DNA from: an uncultured virus (IMG/VR IMGVR_UViG_3300044608_000562)
Taxonomy: Duplodnaviria; Heunggongvirae; Uroviricota; Caudoviricetes
IMG/VR virus record: IMGVR_UViG_3300044608_000562
Strand: one strand, 5' to 3'
Length of the DNA stretch: 64,000 nt
Shown here one piece after another: positions 9,712-19,650 of the stretch. The notes below the pieces were generated by a model. It ran no database searches, was not told the origin of the DNA, and saw only the letters and a program-made list of their open reading frames with translations. The translations under genes and the position numbers were made by a program. Each line of letters begins with the position of its first letter. The first letter of the stretch is position 1.

Positions 9712-10017
9712 ATGGGTATGCAAACAGATGTCCTTGCTAGTAAGGTCGCCACTTCTGCTGGCGACATGCTGGATCAAAATAGCCTTGTTATTGGTCGCTC
9801 TCGTGTAAAGGCGATTTACATCGTCCCAGATAGCGGCGCAGGCACCGTGACGTTCTATGACGGTGGGGCAAGCGGCCCGGTCAAGATTGCAGTGAACACC
9901 AAGGCAAATTCCACTGCGCCGGACTACGTGCTGTTGCCCGGTGAGGGTCTGCTTTTCCAGACCAGCATCTACATCGTCCCGTCAGCCGTTCTTTCGACGA
10001 TGGTGATCTATGGCTAA
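9712..10017 (+). CDS. Small beta-rich virion protein (putative)
   Basis: SD AGGAG; LPGEGLLF motif. Confidence 0.7.
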   Translation: MGMQTDVLASKVATSAGDMLDQNSLVIGRSRVKAIYIVPDSGAGTVTFYDGGASGPVKIAVNTKANSTAPDYVLLPGEGLLFQTSIYIVPSAVLSTMVIYG

Positions 10018-10264
10018 GACCCCTGCTTGGCAACGGAAAGAAGGCAAGAACCCGGCTGGCGGCTTGAATGCCAAAGGTCGGGCTTCTTATAACCGTGCCA
10101 ATCCGGGTAAGCCGGGGCTGAAGCGTCCTCAACCGGAAGGTGGGCCTCGCAAGAAGTCATTCTGTGCCCGTATGACAGGCATGAAGAAGAAACTGACGAG
10201 CGCCAAGACGGCAAACGACCCGAACAGCCGGATCAACAAATCGTTGAGGGCTTGGAACTGCTGA
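10010..10264 (+). CDS. Small basic protein
   Basis: GGLNAKGRASY...SFCARM...WNC; coupled overlap. Confidence 0.75.
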   Translation: MAKTPAWQRKEGKNPAGGLNAKGRASYNRANPGKPGLKRPQPEGGPRKKSFCARMTGMKKKLTSAKTANDPNSRINKSLRAWNC

Positions 10265-10265
10265 G

Positions 10266-11126
10266 ATGCCCAGCAAATCCGCAAAACAGCATCGATTGAT
10301 GGCGATGGTTGCTAACGACCCCAAAGCAGCCAAACGTCTGGACATTCCTCAATCTGTAGGAAAAGACTATATGAAAGCCGACAAACGTAAAGGTAAGAAG
10401 TTTGCTCTGGGTGGCCCAACGAGTTACTCAGGCGAGGACAGTGGCGAAGGCATGAAGATGTCCACGCGCCGTAGCGGCAGCAGTGGCGATATGAGTTTCA
10501 AAGACGCCTTCCGTGCTGCCCGTAAAGCCGGTGATGACACGTTCACTTGGAAGGGCAAGAAGTACACGACCGAAGTAGCGGGTGCCAAGAAGTCTGAAGC
10601 CCCGAAGGTCGAAGCCCCCAAGGTCGAAGTAGAAAAGAAAACCGAGACCAAGGTCGAGGTTCCTGCTGGCCCACGCCGTACCGCTGGTGGTCGTGGCGCT
10701 AAGTTGCCTGAAGGCTATAAGCCCAAGGTTGGCTCTGGCCGTTTTGACGATCCGACTTCGTCGTACGGAGAGCGTGTGCTGTCGCCTCTTAAGAAACTCA
10801 CTGACATTTTCGGTCGCCGTGAGGAAGAGCGCGTTATGCGGAACATGGGCGTAAGTAGAGAAGAAGCCCGTAAGCGCCTCGACGCTAAGGAAGATATGGA
10901 AGAAGGCATGCGCCATGGCGGCAAGGTTAAGAAGATGCGTGGCGGCGGTATGCCCGATCTCACGGGTGACGGCAAAATAACCCGCGCCGACGTACTTAAG
11001 GGTCGTGGCGTGTTCAAACACGGTGGTGGCGTAAAGAGATACGCCAGCGGCGGGTCTGTTTCGTCTGCTTCTAAACGAGCCGATGGTATTGCCAAGAAGG
11101 GCAAGACTCGCGGCAAAATCTGCTAA
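10266..11126 (+). CDS. K/G/M-rich modular basic protein with five phi-x-x-GG motifs
   Basis: MPSKSAKQHRLM start, FKDAF..ARK..FTWKGKKYTT module, DLTGDGKITRAD loop. Confidence 0.75.
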   Translation: MPSKSAKQHRLMAMVANDPKAAKRLDIPQSVGKDYMKADKRKGKKFALGGPTSYSGEDSGEGMKMSTRRSGSSGDMSFKDAFRAARKAGDDTFTWKGKKYTTEVAGAKKSEAPKVEAPKVEVEKKTETKVEVPAGPRRTAGGRGAKLPEGYKPKVGSGRFDDPTSSYGERVLSPLKKLTDIFGRREEERVMRNMGVSREEARKRLDAKEDMEEGMRHGGKVKKMRGGGMPDLTGDGKITRADVLKGRGVFKHGGGVKRYASGGSVSSASKRADGIAKKGKTRGKIC

Positions 11127-11137
11127 CAGAGGTTTTT

Positions 11138-11767
11138 ATGAAAGAGTCAAAGGCGATGATGCGTAAAGAAGTGTCCTTCATGAAAAAGAAGGGCGCTCCG
11201 AAGTCCATGATCAAGCACGAAGAGGCTGAGATGGAAGGCAAGAAGATGCGGAAGTTCGCGGTTGGTGGCGCTTCGGCTCCTAAAGGCCGTCCCGGTGGAG
11301 CGTATGAAGCCCTGCAGGCAAAGCAGGCGGCTACTCGCGCTCGTGAAGCAGCGTTCCGTCAAGCCAACTCGGTCGAGTCTCGTGCGGCTGCTCAACGTGC
11401 TGCTCGTGCTGCTCGTGCTGCTCCTCCGACTCCTCCCACTCCCCCCGCTAAGCCTTCTGGTATTGGCTCTATGCCGGGCGCGTCGGGAGGACAGGCTAGT
11501 GCTCAATTGCAAGCAATGAGAGATAGAGCCTCTGCAGCCCCGTCAGGCGGCATGGGCGGAGCCGGTGGCAATATGGCCCCGATGCGTAAGGGCGGCTCGG
11601 TGTTCCGCAAGGCTGCTGATGGCGTTGCTCACAAGGGCAAGACCAAGGGCAAGATGGTCAAGATGCGCGAAGGCGGTTCGGTGTTCCGTAAGTCTGCCGA
11701 TGGCATCGCCAGCAAGGGCAAGACCAAGGGCAAGATGGTCAGAATGATGATGGGCGGTAAGTGCTAA
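11138..11767 (+). CDS. K/G/M/A-rich basic protein with internal duplication
   Basis: SD GAGG; GGSVFRK-x-ADG-x-A-x-KGKTKGKMV occurs twice. Confidence 0.75.
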   Translation: MKESKAMMRKEVSFMKKKGAPKSMIKHEEAEMEGKKMRKFAVGGASAPKGRPGGAYEALQAKQAATRAREAAFRQANSVESRAAAQRAARAARAAPPTPPTPPAKPSGIGSMPGASGGQASAQLQAMRDRASAAPSGGMGGAGGNMAPMRKGGSVFRKAADGVAHKGKTKGKMVKMREGGSVFRKSADGIASKGKTKGKMVRMMMGGKC

Positions 11768-12063
11768 TGATGCCTTCTCGTGGCATGGGTGCGATATCTC
11801 CCAAAAAAGTCCCCCGAGCAAAACGCCGGGGGGACGAAAAACCCGTAATTGGGACTGGGAGACCTATCAAAACCTACGCCAAGGGGGGCGAAAGCCGCGT
11901 GAACGAGGCGGGAAATTATACGAAGCCCGGTATGCGTAAGCGGCTTTTTGAGTCAATCAAGGGCCGGGCCGTACAGGGTACTGCAGCGGGGCAGTGGAGC
12001 GCAAGAAAAAGTCAGTTGTTGGCTAAGGAATATAAACGGCGGGGCGGTGGGTACAGAGACTAA
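11767..12063 (+). CDS. Small basic protein
   Basis: TAATG coupling; YAKGG, NYTKP and GQWSARK motifs. Confidence 0.7.
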   Translation: MMPSRGMGAISPKKVPRAKRRGDEKPVIGTGRPIKTYAKGGESRVNEAGNYTKPGMRKRLFESIKGRAVQGTAAGQWSARKSQLLAKEYKRRGGGYRD

Positions 12064-12514
12064 AATTTGTACTGGGTGTCAGCAAGAAAGACCGTTGTCT
12101 GAATTTTTCAGTCGTGGCGGTAAATTAGCGCATCTTTACAAATCTCAATGTAAACCGTGTATGCAGGTTAAACGGCAGGAATGGGCGGAACAAAATCGGG
12201 GTCATTTAAACAATTGGCGGCGTAACAATTGGGTAGTAACTAACCAGCGATTACGTCGGCGCGGAGCAACTCAAGAACTATACAATGCTATGTATGAAGC
12301 CCAGAAAGGTTGTTGTGCTTTATGCAATGAGCCAGAAGAAAAGTTTTCATGGTTGTGTATTGATCACGATCACGAAACAGGAAAAATACGAGGATTACTT
12401 TGCCCAAACTGCAATAGAGGGCTAGGATTGTTGAAAGATAATGCTAGTTTGTTGCAAAAAGCGGCAGAATATATTACGGCTAACAAACCGTTAGAAGTTA
12501 GAGAAAAAGCATGA
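12047..12514 (+). CDS. Endonuclease VII-family (His-Me) free-standing homing endonuclease
   Basis: CxxC pairs and IDHDHETGKIRGLLCPNCNRGLG; AT-richer than flanks; GTG start inferred. Confidence 0.85.
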   Translation: MGTETKICTGCQQERPLSEFFSRGGKLAHLYKSQCKPCMQVKRQEWAEQNRGHLNNWRRNNWVVTNQRLRRRGATQELYNAMYEAQKGCCALCNEPEEKFSWLCIDHDHETGKIRGLLCPNCNRGLGLLKDNASLLQKAAEYITANKPLEVREKA

Positions 12515-12756
12515 AGGCTCCTCAACAGTCCCTTAAAGCGTGGACGCAGCAGAAGTGGAGAACGAAGAGTGGTAAACGATCTTCTGACACGGGCGAAAGA
12601 TACCTTCCAGAGGCTGCGATCAAGGCTCTCTCGCCTTCGGAGTATGCCCGTACCACCGCCGCCAAACGTAAGGGTAAAGCCCAAGGCAAGCAGTTTGTCT
12701 CGCAGCCCAAGGGTGTTAAAGAAAAAGTAAGGCCGTACAGACGGCGAGGAATGTGA
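12511..12756 (+). CDS. Small basic protein
   Basis: SLKAWTQQKWRTKSG...ERYLP; ATGA coupling. Confidence 0.75.
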   Translation: MKAPQQSLKAWTQQKWRTKSGKRSSDTGERYLPEAAIKALSPSEYARTTAAKRKGKAQGKQFVSQPKGVKEKVRPYRRRGM

Positions 12757-13481
12757 TGGCCTACAAAACCACAGCCACAACCGAGTTCAACCTTGATCTT
12801 AATACGATCATTGAGGAGGCTTACGAGCGTTGTGGGGCTGAGTTACGTACGGGCTATGACTTCCGTACGTCTAAGCGTAGCCTTGCCCTCTTGCTCATGG
12901 ACTGGGCTAACCGGGGTATTAACCTCTGGACGCTGCAGACTGAGACTAAGACGCTGACCTACAACGTCGGTACGTACGATCTGGACGTAGACACGGTTGA
13001 CCTGCTTGACCACGTGATCCGCACGGGCACGGGTACGAACCAGCAAGACATCAACATCACGCGCATCTCATCCAGCACGTACCTCTCTATCCCGAACAAG
13101 AACGCGACGGGCCGTCCGATTCAGATTTGGATCAACCGCCGCACGGGTGCTACCGGTGCCGATGATGTCATCGTAAAGCCGCAGTTCACGGTATGGCCCC
13201 TGCCCGATAACACAACCACTTGGACGCTGGTCTATACGCGACTCGTGCGTATGTTTGACCCCGGTGTGGGGTCTAACGGTCAGGACATCCCGTTCCGTTT
13301 CCTGCCCTGCTTGGTGGCGGGGCTGGCCTACATGCTGTCGATGAAGATACCCGGCGCAGATGCGCGTATGCAGGTCTTGAAGGCGCAGTACGACGAGGCT
13401 TGGGAGTTGGCGGCGGGTGAGGATCGGGAAAAGGCTGCTGTGCGCTTTGTCCCACGTGAGAGTTTCTTGGGTGGCTACTAA
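12756..13481 (+). CDS. Head-tail adaptor / tail tubular protein (putative)
   Basis: IIEEAYERCG, WANRGINLW, GRP and LVAGLAY motifs typical of podophage adaptors. Confidence 0.65.
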   Translation: MAYKTTATTEFNLDLNTIIEEAYERCGAELRTGYDFRTSKRSLALLLMDWANRGINLWTLQTETKTLTYNVGTYDLDVDTVDLLDHVIRTGTGTNQQDINITRISSSTYLSIPNKNATGRPIQIWINRRTGATGADDVIVKPQFTVWPLPDNTTTWTLVYTRLVRMFDPGVGSNGQDIPFRFLPCLVAGLAYMLSMKIPGADARMQVLKAQYDEAWELAAGEDREKAAVRFVPRESFLGGY

Positions 13482-13858
13482 TGCCGAACAGGTTTGCAAG
13501 TGGCAAACATGCTATCGCGGAGTGCGACCGGTGTGGTTTCCGGTACAAACTTCGCCAATTGAAGTCTTTGGTGATCAAGACCAAGAACGTAAACATCTTG
13601 GTCTGTCCGGAGTGCTGGGAGCCTGATCAGCCGCAGTTGTCGCTGGGTCTGTACCCGGTGGATGACCCGCAGGCACTTAGGAACCCAAGACCTGACCTGA
13701 GTTACTTTGAAGAAGGTAACAACGGCGCAGGCGGTAGTAGAATGATTCAGTGGGGCTGGAACCCGGTTGGCGGGGCCAGTTCGTATGATGCAGGGTTGAC
13801 GCCAAATACCTTGGCACCAACCGGTGAGGTAGGAACAGTTACGGTCGTTACGACCTAG
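13481..13858 (+). CDS. Zn-ribbon hypothetical protein
   Basis: CDRCG...VCPECW; DPQAL-x-NPRP. Confidence 0.7.
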   Translation: MPNRFASGKHAIAECDRCGFRYKLRQLKSLVIKTKNVNILVCPECWEPDQPQLSLGLYPVDDPQALRNPRPDLSYFEEGNNGAGGSRMIQWGWNPVGGASSYDAGLTPNTLAPTGEVGTVTVVTT

Positions 13859-13867
13859 GAGACTGAG

Positions 13868-14050
13868 ATGAAGAACGGTATGCGTAAGGTCGCCAAGGAA
13901 GAAGTGCGTAAGCACGAGAAAGCCATGCACGGCACGAAGAAAATGCGTGCTGGTGGCAAGACCAACAGCGACATGAAGAAGTACGGTCGTGGCATGGCTA
14001 AGGTGATGAACCAGCGTAGCCCGATGCGCGGCTCGTCTGGCCCGAGGTAA
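13868..14050 (+). CDS. Small basic protein
   Basis: SD AGGAG; contains KKMRAGG. Confidence 0.65.
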   Translation: MKNGMRKVAKEEVRKHEKAMHGTKKMRAGGKTNSDMKKYGRGMAKVMNQRSPMRGSSGPR

Positions 14051-14055
14051 TCATC

Positions 14056-14253
14056 ATGAAAGAACTGAACCCCAGCAAGATTAGGCCGAACACGGATTCG
14101 ACCGGTCGTAATGGCTATCCTGAGAAGGATGTCAACAAGGGCGTCACCCACATGAAGATGAAGGGTGCTGGCGCTGCGACCAAGGGCACGAAGTTCGTGT
14201 CTCAGATCAATCTTGAGAACAACAGCAAGTACCGGTCTGGCTGGTCTCCGTGA
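14056..14253 (+). CDS. Small basic protein
   Basis: SD GAGG; MKGAGAATKG motif. Confidence 0.65.
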   Translation: MKELNPSKIRPNTDSTGRNGYPEKDVNKGVTHMKMKGAGAATKGTKFVSQINLENNSKYRSGWSP

Positions 14254-14888
14254 ACTACAGTCAACTCTCAACGTTGATTCAGGATTACTGCGAAAGCACT
14301 GAACAGTCTTTCGTAGCGAATATCCCTACGTTTGTGCAGTTGGCTGAAGAGCGGATTTATAACTCAGTCCAGATTCCGGCGATTCGTAAGAACGTCACCG
14401 GCACGATGACGATTAACTTTCAGTATTTCTCGTTGCCGTCTGATTGGCTCTCTACGTTCTCGCTTGCGGTAATTGACCCGACTACGGGTGAGTACGAGTA
14501 TCTACTGAACAAGGATGTGAACTTCATCCGCGCTTCGTACCCGCCGCCGAACTCGTATGGCAAGCCGCAGTATTACGCGATTTGGAACAACAGTAGCATG
14601 ATTCTCGGGCCTACCCCCGATCTCGCGTACACGGCTGAACTGCACTATTACTACTACCCGCCCTCCATCGTCACGAGTTCAACTTCGTGGCTTGGCGATA
14701 ACTTTGAGACGGTATTGCTGTATGGCTCGCTTAGGGAGGCATATACCTATCTCAAGGGCGAAGCCGACATGATGCAGTATTACGACCAGAAGTATCAGGA
14801 AGCCGTTGCTCAACTGAAGCGCCTTGGTGATGGTCTGGATCGTCAGGATGCGTACCGTTCTGGACAAGTTAGAGTGCCAGTAACATGA
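14250..14888 (+). CDS. Second adaptor-like tail/neck protein (putative)
   Basis: GKPQYYA, PTPD and LLYGSL-x-EA motifs. Confidence 0.65.
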   Translation: MNYSQLSTLIQDYCESTEQSFVANIPTFVQLAEERIYNSVQIPAIRKNVTGTMTINFQYFSLPSDWLSTFSLAVIDPTTGEYEYLLNKDVNFIRASYPPPNSYGKPQYYAIWNNSSMILGPTPDLAYTAELHYYYYPPSIVTSSTSWLGDNFETVLLYGSLREAYTYLKGEADMMQYYDQKYQEAVAQLKRLGDGLDRQDAYRSGQVRVPVT

Positions 14889-15130
14889 GTTTTGCAGGCG
14901 ATATGGAACTTGGTCAGGTGTTTGTCCAGACCACGAGCAACCGGGGGTATACCCCGGAAGAGATTGCTGAACGGGCTACCACCCGCATTCTTCGTGTACA
15001 AACGGAGAAAGAACTAAACCGGGTACTTGTGAAGTACCTGCAAGAAGCGCAAGAGTCTGAACGGATGAATGCGCGTCGTATCCTTATTGAAAACGGATTC
15101 AGTGATGCTGCAAAGCATCTAGGAGATTGA
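14885..15130 (+). CDS. Hypothetical protein
   Basis: ATGA coupling; RGYTPEEIAE. Confidence 0.7.
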   Translation: MSFAGDMELGQVFVQTTSNRGYTPEEIAERATTRILRVQTEKELNRVLVKYLQEAQESERMNARRILIENGFSDAAKHLGD

Positions 15131-15131
15131 G

Positions 15132-15587
15132 ATGGCTATTTCTCAGGCAATGGTGACATCGTTCAAGGTCGAGATTCTGGACGGTATCCACAACTTCGGA
15201 ACCGGTGTGATTCGGGCTTCGACGGCTGCGGATGTCTTCAAGATTGCGCTATATACGTCCTCCGCTACGCTCGGTGCTTCAACTACGGCGTATACCACTT
15301 CAAACGAAGTGTCTTCGTCCGGTACGAACTACGTGGCGGGTGGCAAGACGCTGACGATCTCGCAGGCTCCGACTTTTACGAGTACGACTGCTTGGCTCGA
15401 CTTCGACGACATCACTTGGGACAGCGCCACGCTGACTTCCAACGGTGCGTTGATCTACAACGAGACCCAAGGCAACAAGGCTGTGGCAGTTCTGGCGTTT
15501 GGTGGCGATAAGACCTCGACGGCAGGTAACTTCACCATTCAGTTCCCGGCTGCGACTTCGACGACCGCGATCCTTCGTATCGCCTAA
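15132..15587 (+). CDS. Virion structural protein (putative)
   Basis: SD AGGAG; FKIALY, GALIYN and FTIQFP motifs. Confidence 0.75.
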   Translation: MAISQAMVTSFKVEILDGIHNFGTGVIRASTAADVFKIALYTSSATLGASTTAYTTSNEVSSSGTNYVAGGKTLTISQAPTFTSTTAWLDFDDITWDSATLTSNGALIYNETQGNKAVAVLAFGGDKTSTAGNFTIQFPAATSTTAILRIA

Positions 15588-15606
15588 TTAAGTTAGGCAA
15601 AGGGCC

Positions 15607-16509
15607 GTGGCAGGCGTCATAGTCGCCTTCGACGGTTGGAACGCTTCCGGTGTAGGCTGGGGCGAACAAGGTTGGGGCGAGGGGCATTCTGATGTTACCG
15701 CGACAGGTGCTGTCGGTTCGGTAGTCGTTGCCGCGTCTGCGATTGCCGTAGTTACGGGGGTTGAGGCTACAGGCCAGACCGGTACGGTTCTTGTCTTTGC
15801 GGCGGCAAATGTCCCCGTCACAGGCGTTGAGGCCACGGGCCAGACCGGCACCGTATTTGTCGTCACCGACCAAGTTATCTCCGTCACGGGCGTTGAGGCT
15901 ACCGGCCAGTTAGGAGATGTCGTTGTTGCGGCCTCGGCAGTTGCGGTTGTTACCGGGGTTGAGGCTTCGGGGGCCGTTGGCACCGTATTCGTTGTCACGG
16001 ATCAAGTCCTTGCCGTTACCGGCGTTCAGGCCACAGGGGCGGTCGGCACCGTCACCATCAATGCGGCGGCGAATGTCGTCGTTACGGGCGTAGCCGGTAC
16101 AGGCGAAGTTGGTGATGTAGTTGTCGCTGCGGCAGCGCTGGCTGCTGTCACAGGCGTTCAGGCTGCTGGTGCCGTAGGCACGGTCTTTGTCGTCACTGAT
16201 CAGGTTCTTGCTGTCACAGGCGTAGAAGCCACAGGGGCAGTCGGGACGGTCGAGGTTCTTCTTAGCATCGTAATACCGGTCACGGGCGTATCGGCAAGCG
16301 GTGCAGTCGGCACGGTTACTACATCCGCAGGGGCAAATGTTGTAGTCTCTGGGGTGGTTGGGACTGGCGTAATTGGTACAGTAAACATATGGAGCCAGAT
16401 AAATACCAATCAGAACGCGAATTGGACTGACGTAGGCACTTCTCAAACGGCAAATTGGAACGAAATTAGTACGTCGCAGACCCCAAATTGGACACAGATT
16501 GCGGCGTGA
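15607..16509 (+). CDS. Repetitive V/T/G/A-rich fibre-like structural protein
   Basis: About 11 repeats of VTGVxAxGxVGxV; GWGEQGWG N-terminus. Confidence 0.7.
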   Translation: MAGVIVAFDGWNASGVGWGEQGWGEGHSDVTATGAVGSVVVAASAIAVVTGVEATGQTGTVLVFAAANVPVTGVEATGQTGTVFVVTDQVISVTGVEATGQLGDVVVAASAVAVVTGVEASGAVGTVFVVTDQVLAVTGVQATGAVGTVTINAAANVVVTGVAGTGEVGDVVVAAAALAAVTGVQAAGAVGTVFVVTDQVLAVTGVEATGAVGTVEVLLSIVIPVTGVSASGAVGTVTTSAGANVVVSGVVGTGVIGTVNIWSQINTNQNANWTDVGTSQTANWNEISTSQTPNWTQIAA

Positions 16510-16520
16510 GGTAATGACAC

Positions 16521-19259
16521 ATGGCTAGTACATACAGCACCAACCTTGCTATTGAACTGATCGGTACGGGCGACCAAGCAGGTTCTTGGGGTAATACCAC
16601 GAACACCAACCTTGGAACCCTGATCGAACAGGCGATTTCAGGTTATGTCACCCAAGCCGTTTCCACGGGAACGGATACCACCATCACCATCCCGAACGGC
16701 GCGACCGGTGTCGCCCGTAACATGTACATTGAACTCACGGGTACGGGTGGCACGAACACCAACCTGATCGTCCCTGCCAACAAGAAACTTTACTTCATCT
16801 TCAACAACGCCTCCGGTGCGGTGACGGTGAAGGTCTCGGGCCAGACGGGTGTGTCAGTCCCTGCCGGTAAGAAAGTCGTGCTGGCGTCCAACGGCACGGA
16901 TGCGGTTAACGCGCTCAACTACATCGCAGACTTCGGCAGCAACTCGGCCACCATCACGCAGTTGACTGCAACCTCGGCCACGATCACAAACCTGACGCTG
17001 ACCAGCCTTGTCATCAGCAATCTGAGTATTGCTTCGGCTAACGTCACTACGCTGACGGCAGGATCGGCCACGATTACCACTCTTATCAGCACCAACCAAG
17101 CCACCATCGACGGACTGGCTGTCGGTCAGGGCGGGGGCAATGTTGCCAGTAATACGGCGGTGGGTGTTAGTGCGCTAACTGCAAATACGACTGGCGCACA
17201 AAATACGGCGATTGGCTATCAAGCAATCAAAACCAACAGCGCAAGCAATAACAATACTGCTGTTGGCTATCAAGCACTTGAAAATTCCACTACTGCAGGT
17301 AACACGGCTGTTGGTAACAGAGCGGCTAACAACGTAACGTCTGGCTCTAATGTCACCGCTGTTGGTGATCGTGCGTTATTCACAAATTCAACCGGCGCAT
17401 TTAATGACGCATATGGCTATACGGCTTTGTACGCCAACACCACTGGTTCATATAACGTCGCGCTTGGAAATAACGCTCTCTTCTCCAACACCACCGCATC
17501 CAACAACACGGCTGTGGGATATCAAGCAGCGTATTACAATACCACCGGCGAATTAAACGATGCGTTTGGCTATCAAGCATTACGCGGCCAAAGCACGCTT
17601 TCCACGGGCAATTACAACACGGCTCTTGGTCGCCAGTCAATGTATTCAAATACCACTGGCACGCTTAACTTAGCGGTAGGTCAAGCGGCATTGTATTCCA
17701 ACACTAGCGGCGCAAACAACGTCGCACTTGGAACGCAAGCACTTCTCTCCAACACCACCGCCTCCAACAACACGGCAGTCGGATATCAGGCCGCTTACTC
17801 AAACACGACTGGCACTGGAGGTGTATCACTTGGCTATCAGGCTGGCTATGCCAATACCACATCAGACTACAACACTGCCGTTGGAAATATTGCTTTAAGG
17901 TTCAACACGGGAGGCAGTAACTCTGCTGTTGGATATGCGGCTTTATATAACAATACCACAGGCGGCTCTAATACTGCGCTAGGGTTTCAATCTCTTGTCT
18001 CCAACACCACCGCTGGGGACAACACCGCAGTCGGTTATCAGTCGCTTTATACCAATACTACCGGAGCCTCTAACGCTGCTTTTGGTGTCCTAGCACTTAA
18101 ATCAAACACTACGGCGAGTCAAAACTGCGCTTTTGGCAATAATGCTATGCGCGACAACACCACCGGCACGGCTAATTCCGCGTTTGGTGAAGGCGCGTTT
18201 ATTCAAAGCACCACGGGTAGTTATAACACGGCAGTTGGTCGAATCAGTATGTTCAGCAACACTACTGGTGGAAACAACACGGCGGTTGGATATCAGTCAC
18301 TTTACTTGAACACCACCGCCTCTAACAACGTTGCTGTCGGATATCAATCGGGTTTGAATAATACAACTGGCACGCTAAACGTATTTGTTGGAATGTATGC
18401 CGGATACAACAACAGCACCGATCAAGGCTCTACTTTGGTTGGTTACGCGGCTGGTTACACGGCCAACGCCGGAACCACATCGGCTGACAACACCTTTATT
18501 GGTTCTTACGCCGGATACAACGTAACCACCGGCTCCAAAAATACCTTCCTTGGTGGTTCGATTCAAAGCGGTGGCGCAGGCTACCTGATGACCTCCGGCA
18601 GCAAAAATACTATTGTTGGTCTATTTGATGGCAACAAGGGTGGCCTCGACATCCGCACGAGCAGCAACTACATCGTGCTGTCTGATGGGGATGGGAATCC
18701 GAGGGGGATTTTTAATAACAGTGGGGATTGGTTGGTTGGGACGACGAGTGCAACATCACGCACGGGAGTTACGGCAAAAATCGTTTCTAGTGCAGTGAGT
18801 TCACAAGACGCCATCTCTGCACAGATAAACAACAATTCGTATTTCACTCTTTGCAGTCACGTAACTACCACATCCGGCACTCGATATCACATCGGGTTTG
18901 GTGACGGAACAACTTGGGCAGAGCGTGGAACGATCAGCACAAACGGAACCGGAACTTCTTACAACACTGCTTCCGACTACCGGCTGAAAAACATTACCGG
19001 CCCTGTCACCAACAGCGGCGCATACATTGACTCGCTCAAGCCCGTGGAAGGCACTTGGAAGGCTGACGGTAGCGTGTTCGTCGGTTTGATCGCGCACGAA
19101 GCGCAGTCAGTGTCTCGCACTGCGGTTGCCACTGGCGAAAAAGATGGCGAGCGTATGCAGGCAATGGACTACAGCAACTCAGAATTTATCGCCAACATCA
19201 TCGCTGAACTGCAATCCCTCCGCGCCCGTGTGGCGCAACTTGAAACCAAAGGAGCCTGA
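16521..19259 (+). CDS. Tail fibre with beta-roll repeats and C-terminal intramolecular chaperone (peptidase S74-like)
   Basis: Many NTT-x-x-x-N-x-A-x-G-x-x-A repeats; SDYRLKNI autocleavage motif; GLIAHE; terminal coiled coil. Confidence 0.85.
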   Translation: MASTYSTNLAIELIGTGDQAGSWGNTTNTNLGTLIEQAISGYVTQAVSTGTDTTITIPNGATGVARNMYIELTGTGGTNTNLIVPANKKLYFIFNNASGAVTVKVSGQTGVSVPAGKKVVLASNGTDAVNALNYIADFGSNSATITQLTATSATITNLTLTSLVISNLSIASANVTTLTAGSATITTLISTNQATIDGLAVGQGGGNVASNTAVGVSALTANTTGAQNTAIGYQAIKTNSASNNNTAVGYQALENSTTAGNTAVGNRAANNVTSGSNVTAVGDRALFTNSTGAFNDAYGYTALYANTTGSYNVALGNNALFSNTTASNNTAVGYQAAYYNTTGELNDAFGYQALRGQSTLSTGNYNTALGRQSMYSNTTGTLNLAVGQAALYSNTSGANNVALGTQALLSNTTASNNTAVGYQAAYSNTTGTGGVSLGYQAGYANTTSDYNTAVGNIALRFNTGGSNSAVGYAALYNNTTGGSNTALGFQSLVSNTTAGDNTAVGYQSLYTNTTGASNAAFGVLALKSNTTASQNCAFGNNAMRDNTTGTANSAFGEGAFIQSTTGSYNTAVGRISMFSNTTGGNNTAVGYQSLYLNTTASNNVAVGYQSGLNNTTGTLNVFVGMYAGYNNSTDQGSTLVGYAAGYTANAGTTSADNTFIGSYAGYNVTTGSKNTFLGGSIQSGGAGYLMTSGSKNTIVGLFDGNKGGLDIRTSSNYIVLSDGDGNPRGIFNNSGDWLVGTTSATSRTGVTAKIVSSAVSSQDAISAQINNNSYFTLCSHVTTTSGTRYHIGFGDGTTWAERGTISTNGTGTSYNTASDYRLKNITGPVTNSGAYIDSLKPVEGTWKADGSVFVGLIAHEAQSVSRTAVATGEKDGERMQAMDYSNSEFIANIIAELQSLRARVAQLETKGA

Positions 19260-19261
19260 AA

Positions 19262-19501
19262 ATGACGGAAGTCGAAACCCCCGTTACCCCCATCGAAACC
19301 CCGACCGCTGAAGAAATTGCCCGTCATTACAGCGCGGCGATGGATTCGGTAAACCTGTTGAACGCCGGTAAGCCGGAAGGCATGAAGGACGAGGACTGGG
19401 CGGATTGCGTGAAGCGCAACAAGGAACACCTCAGCATCATGCTTGCCAAGGACTACTGGACGAACGAAGACTTGAAGCCGCTACAGGATGCTGCCAAGTG
19501 A
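19262..19501 (+). CDS. Small fibre-associated hypothetical protein
   Basis: SD AAGGAG; RNKEHL-x-IM motif. Confidence 0.7.
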   Translation: MTEVETPVTPIETPTAEEIARHYSAAMDSVNLLNAGKPEGMKDEDWADCVKRNKEHLSIMLAKDYWTNEDLKPLQDAAK

Positions 19502-19650
19502 TCAAACTAGACCTCGACATCAACGAAGTGAACTTCATCCTCTCGCTGCTCGGTGACTTGCCAAGCAAGACGGGGGCGTGGCCGCTGATGGTCAAGATCA
19601 AGGAACAGGCTGACCCGCAGGTGCCTGTGCCGGATGAAGTGAAGCAATGA
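19498..19650 (+). CDS. Small hypothetical protein (50 aa)
   Basis: GTGA coupling upstream and ATGA downstream. Confidence 0.6.
   Translation: MIKLDLDINEVNFILSLLGDLPSKTGAWPLMVKIKEQADPQVPVPDEVKQ

Noticed and set aside
17150..18560. Tail-fibre repeats as a DGR template/variable pair
   Set aside because: No reverse transcriptase is present; the repeats are ordinary degenerate coding repeats
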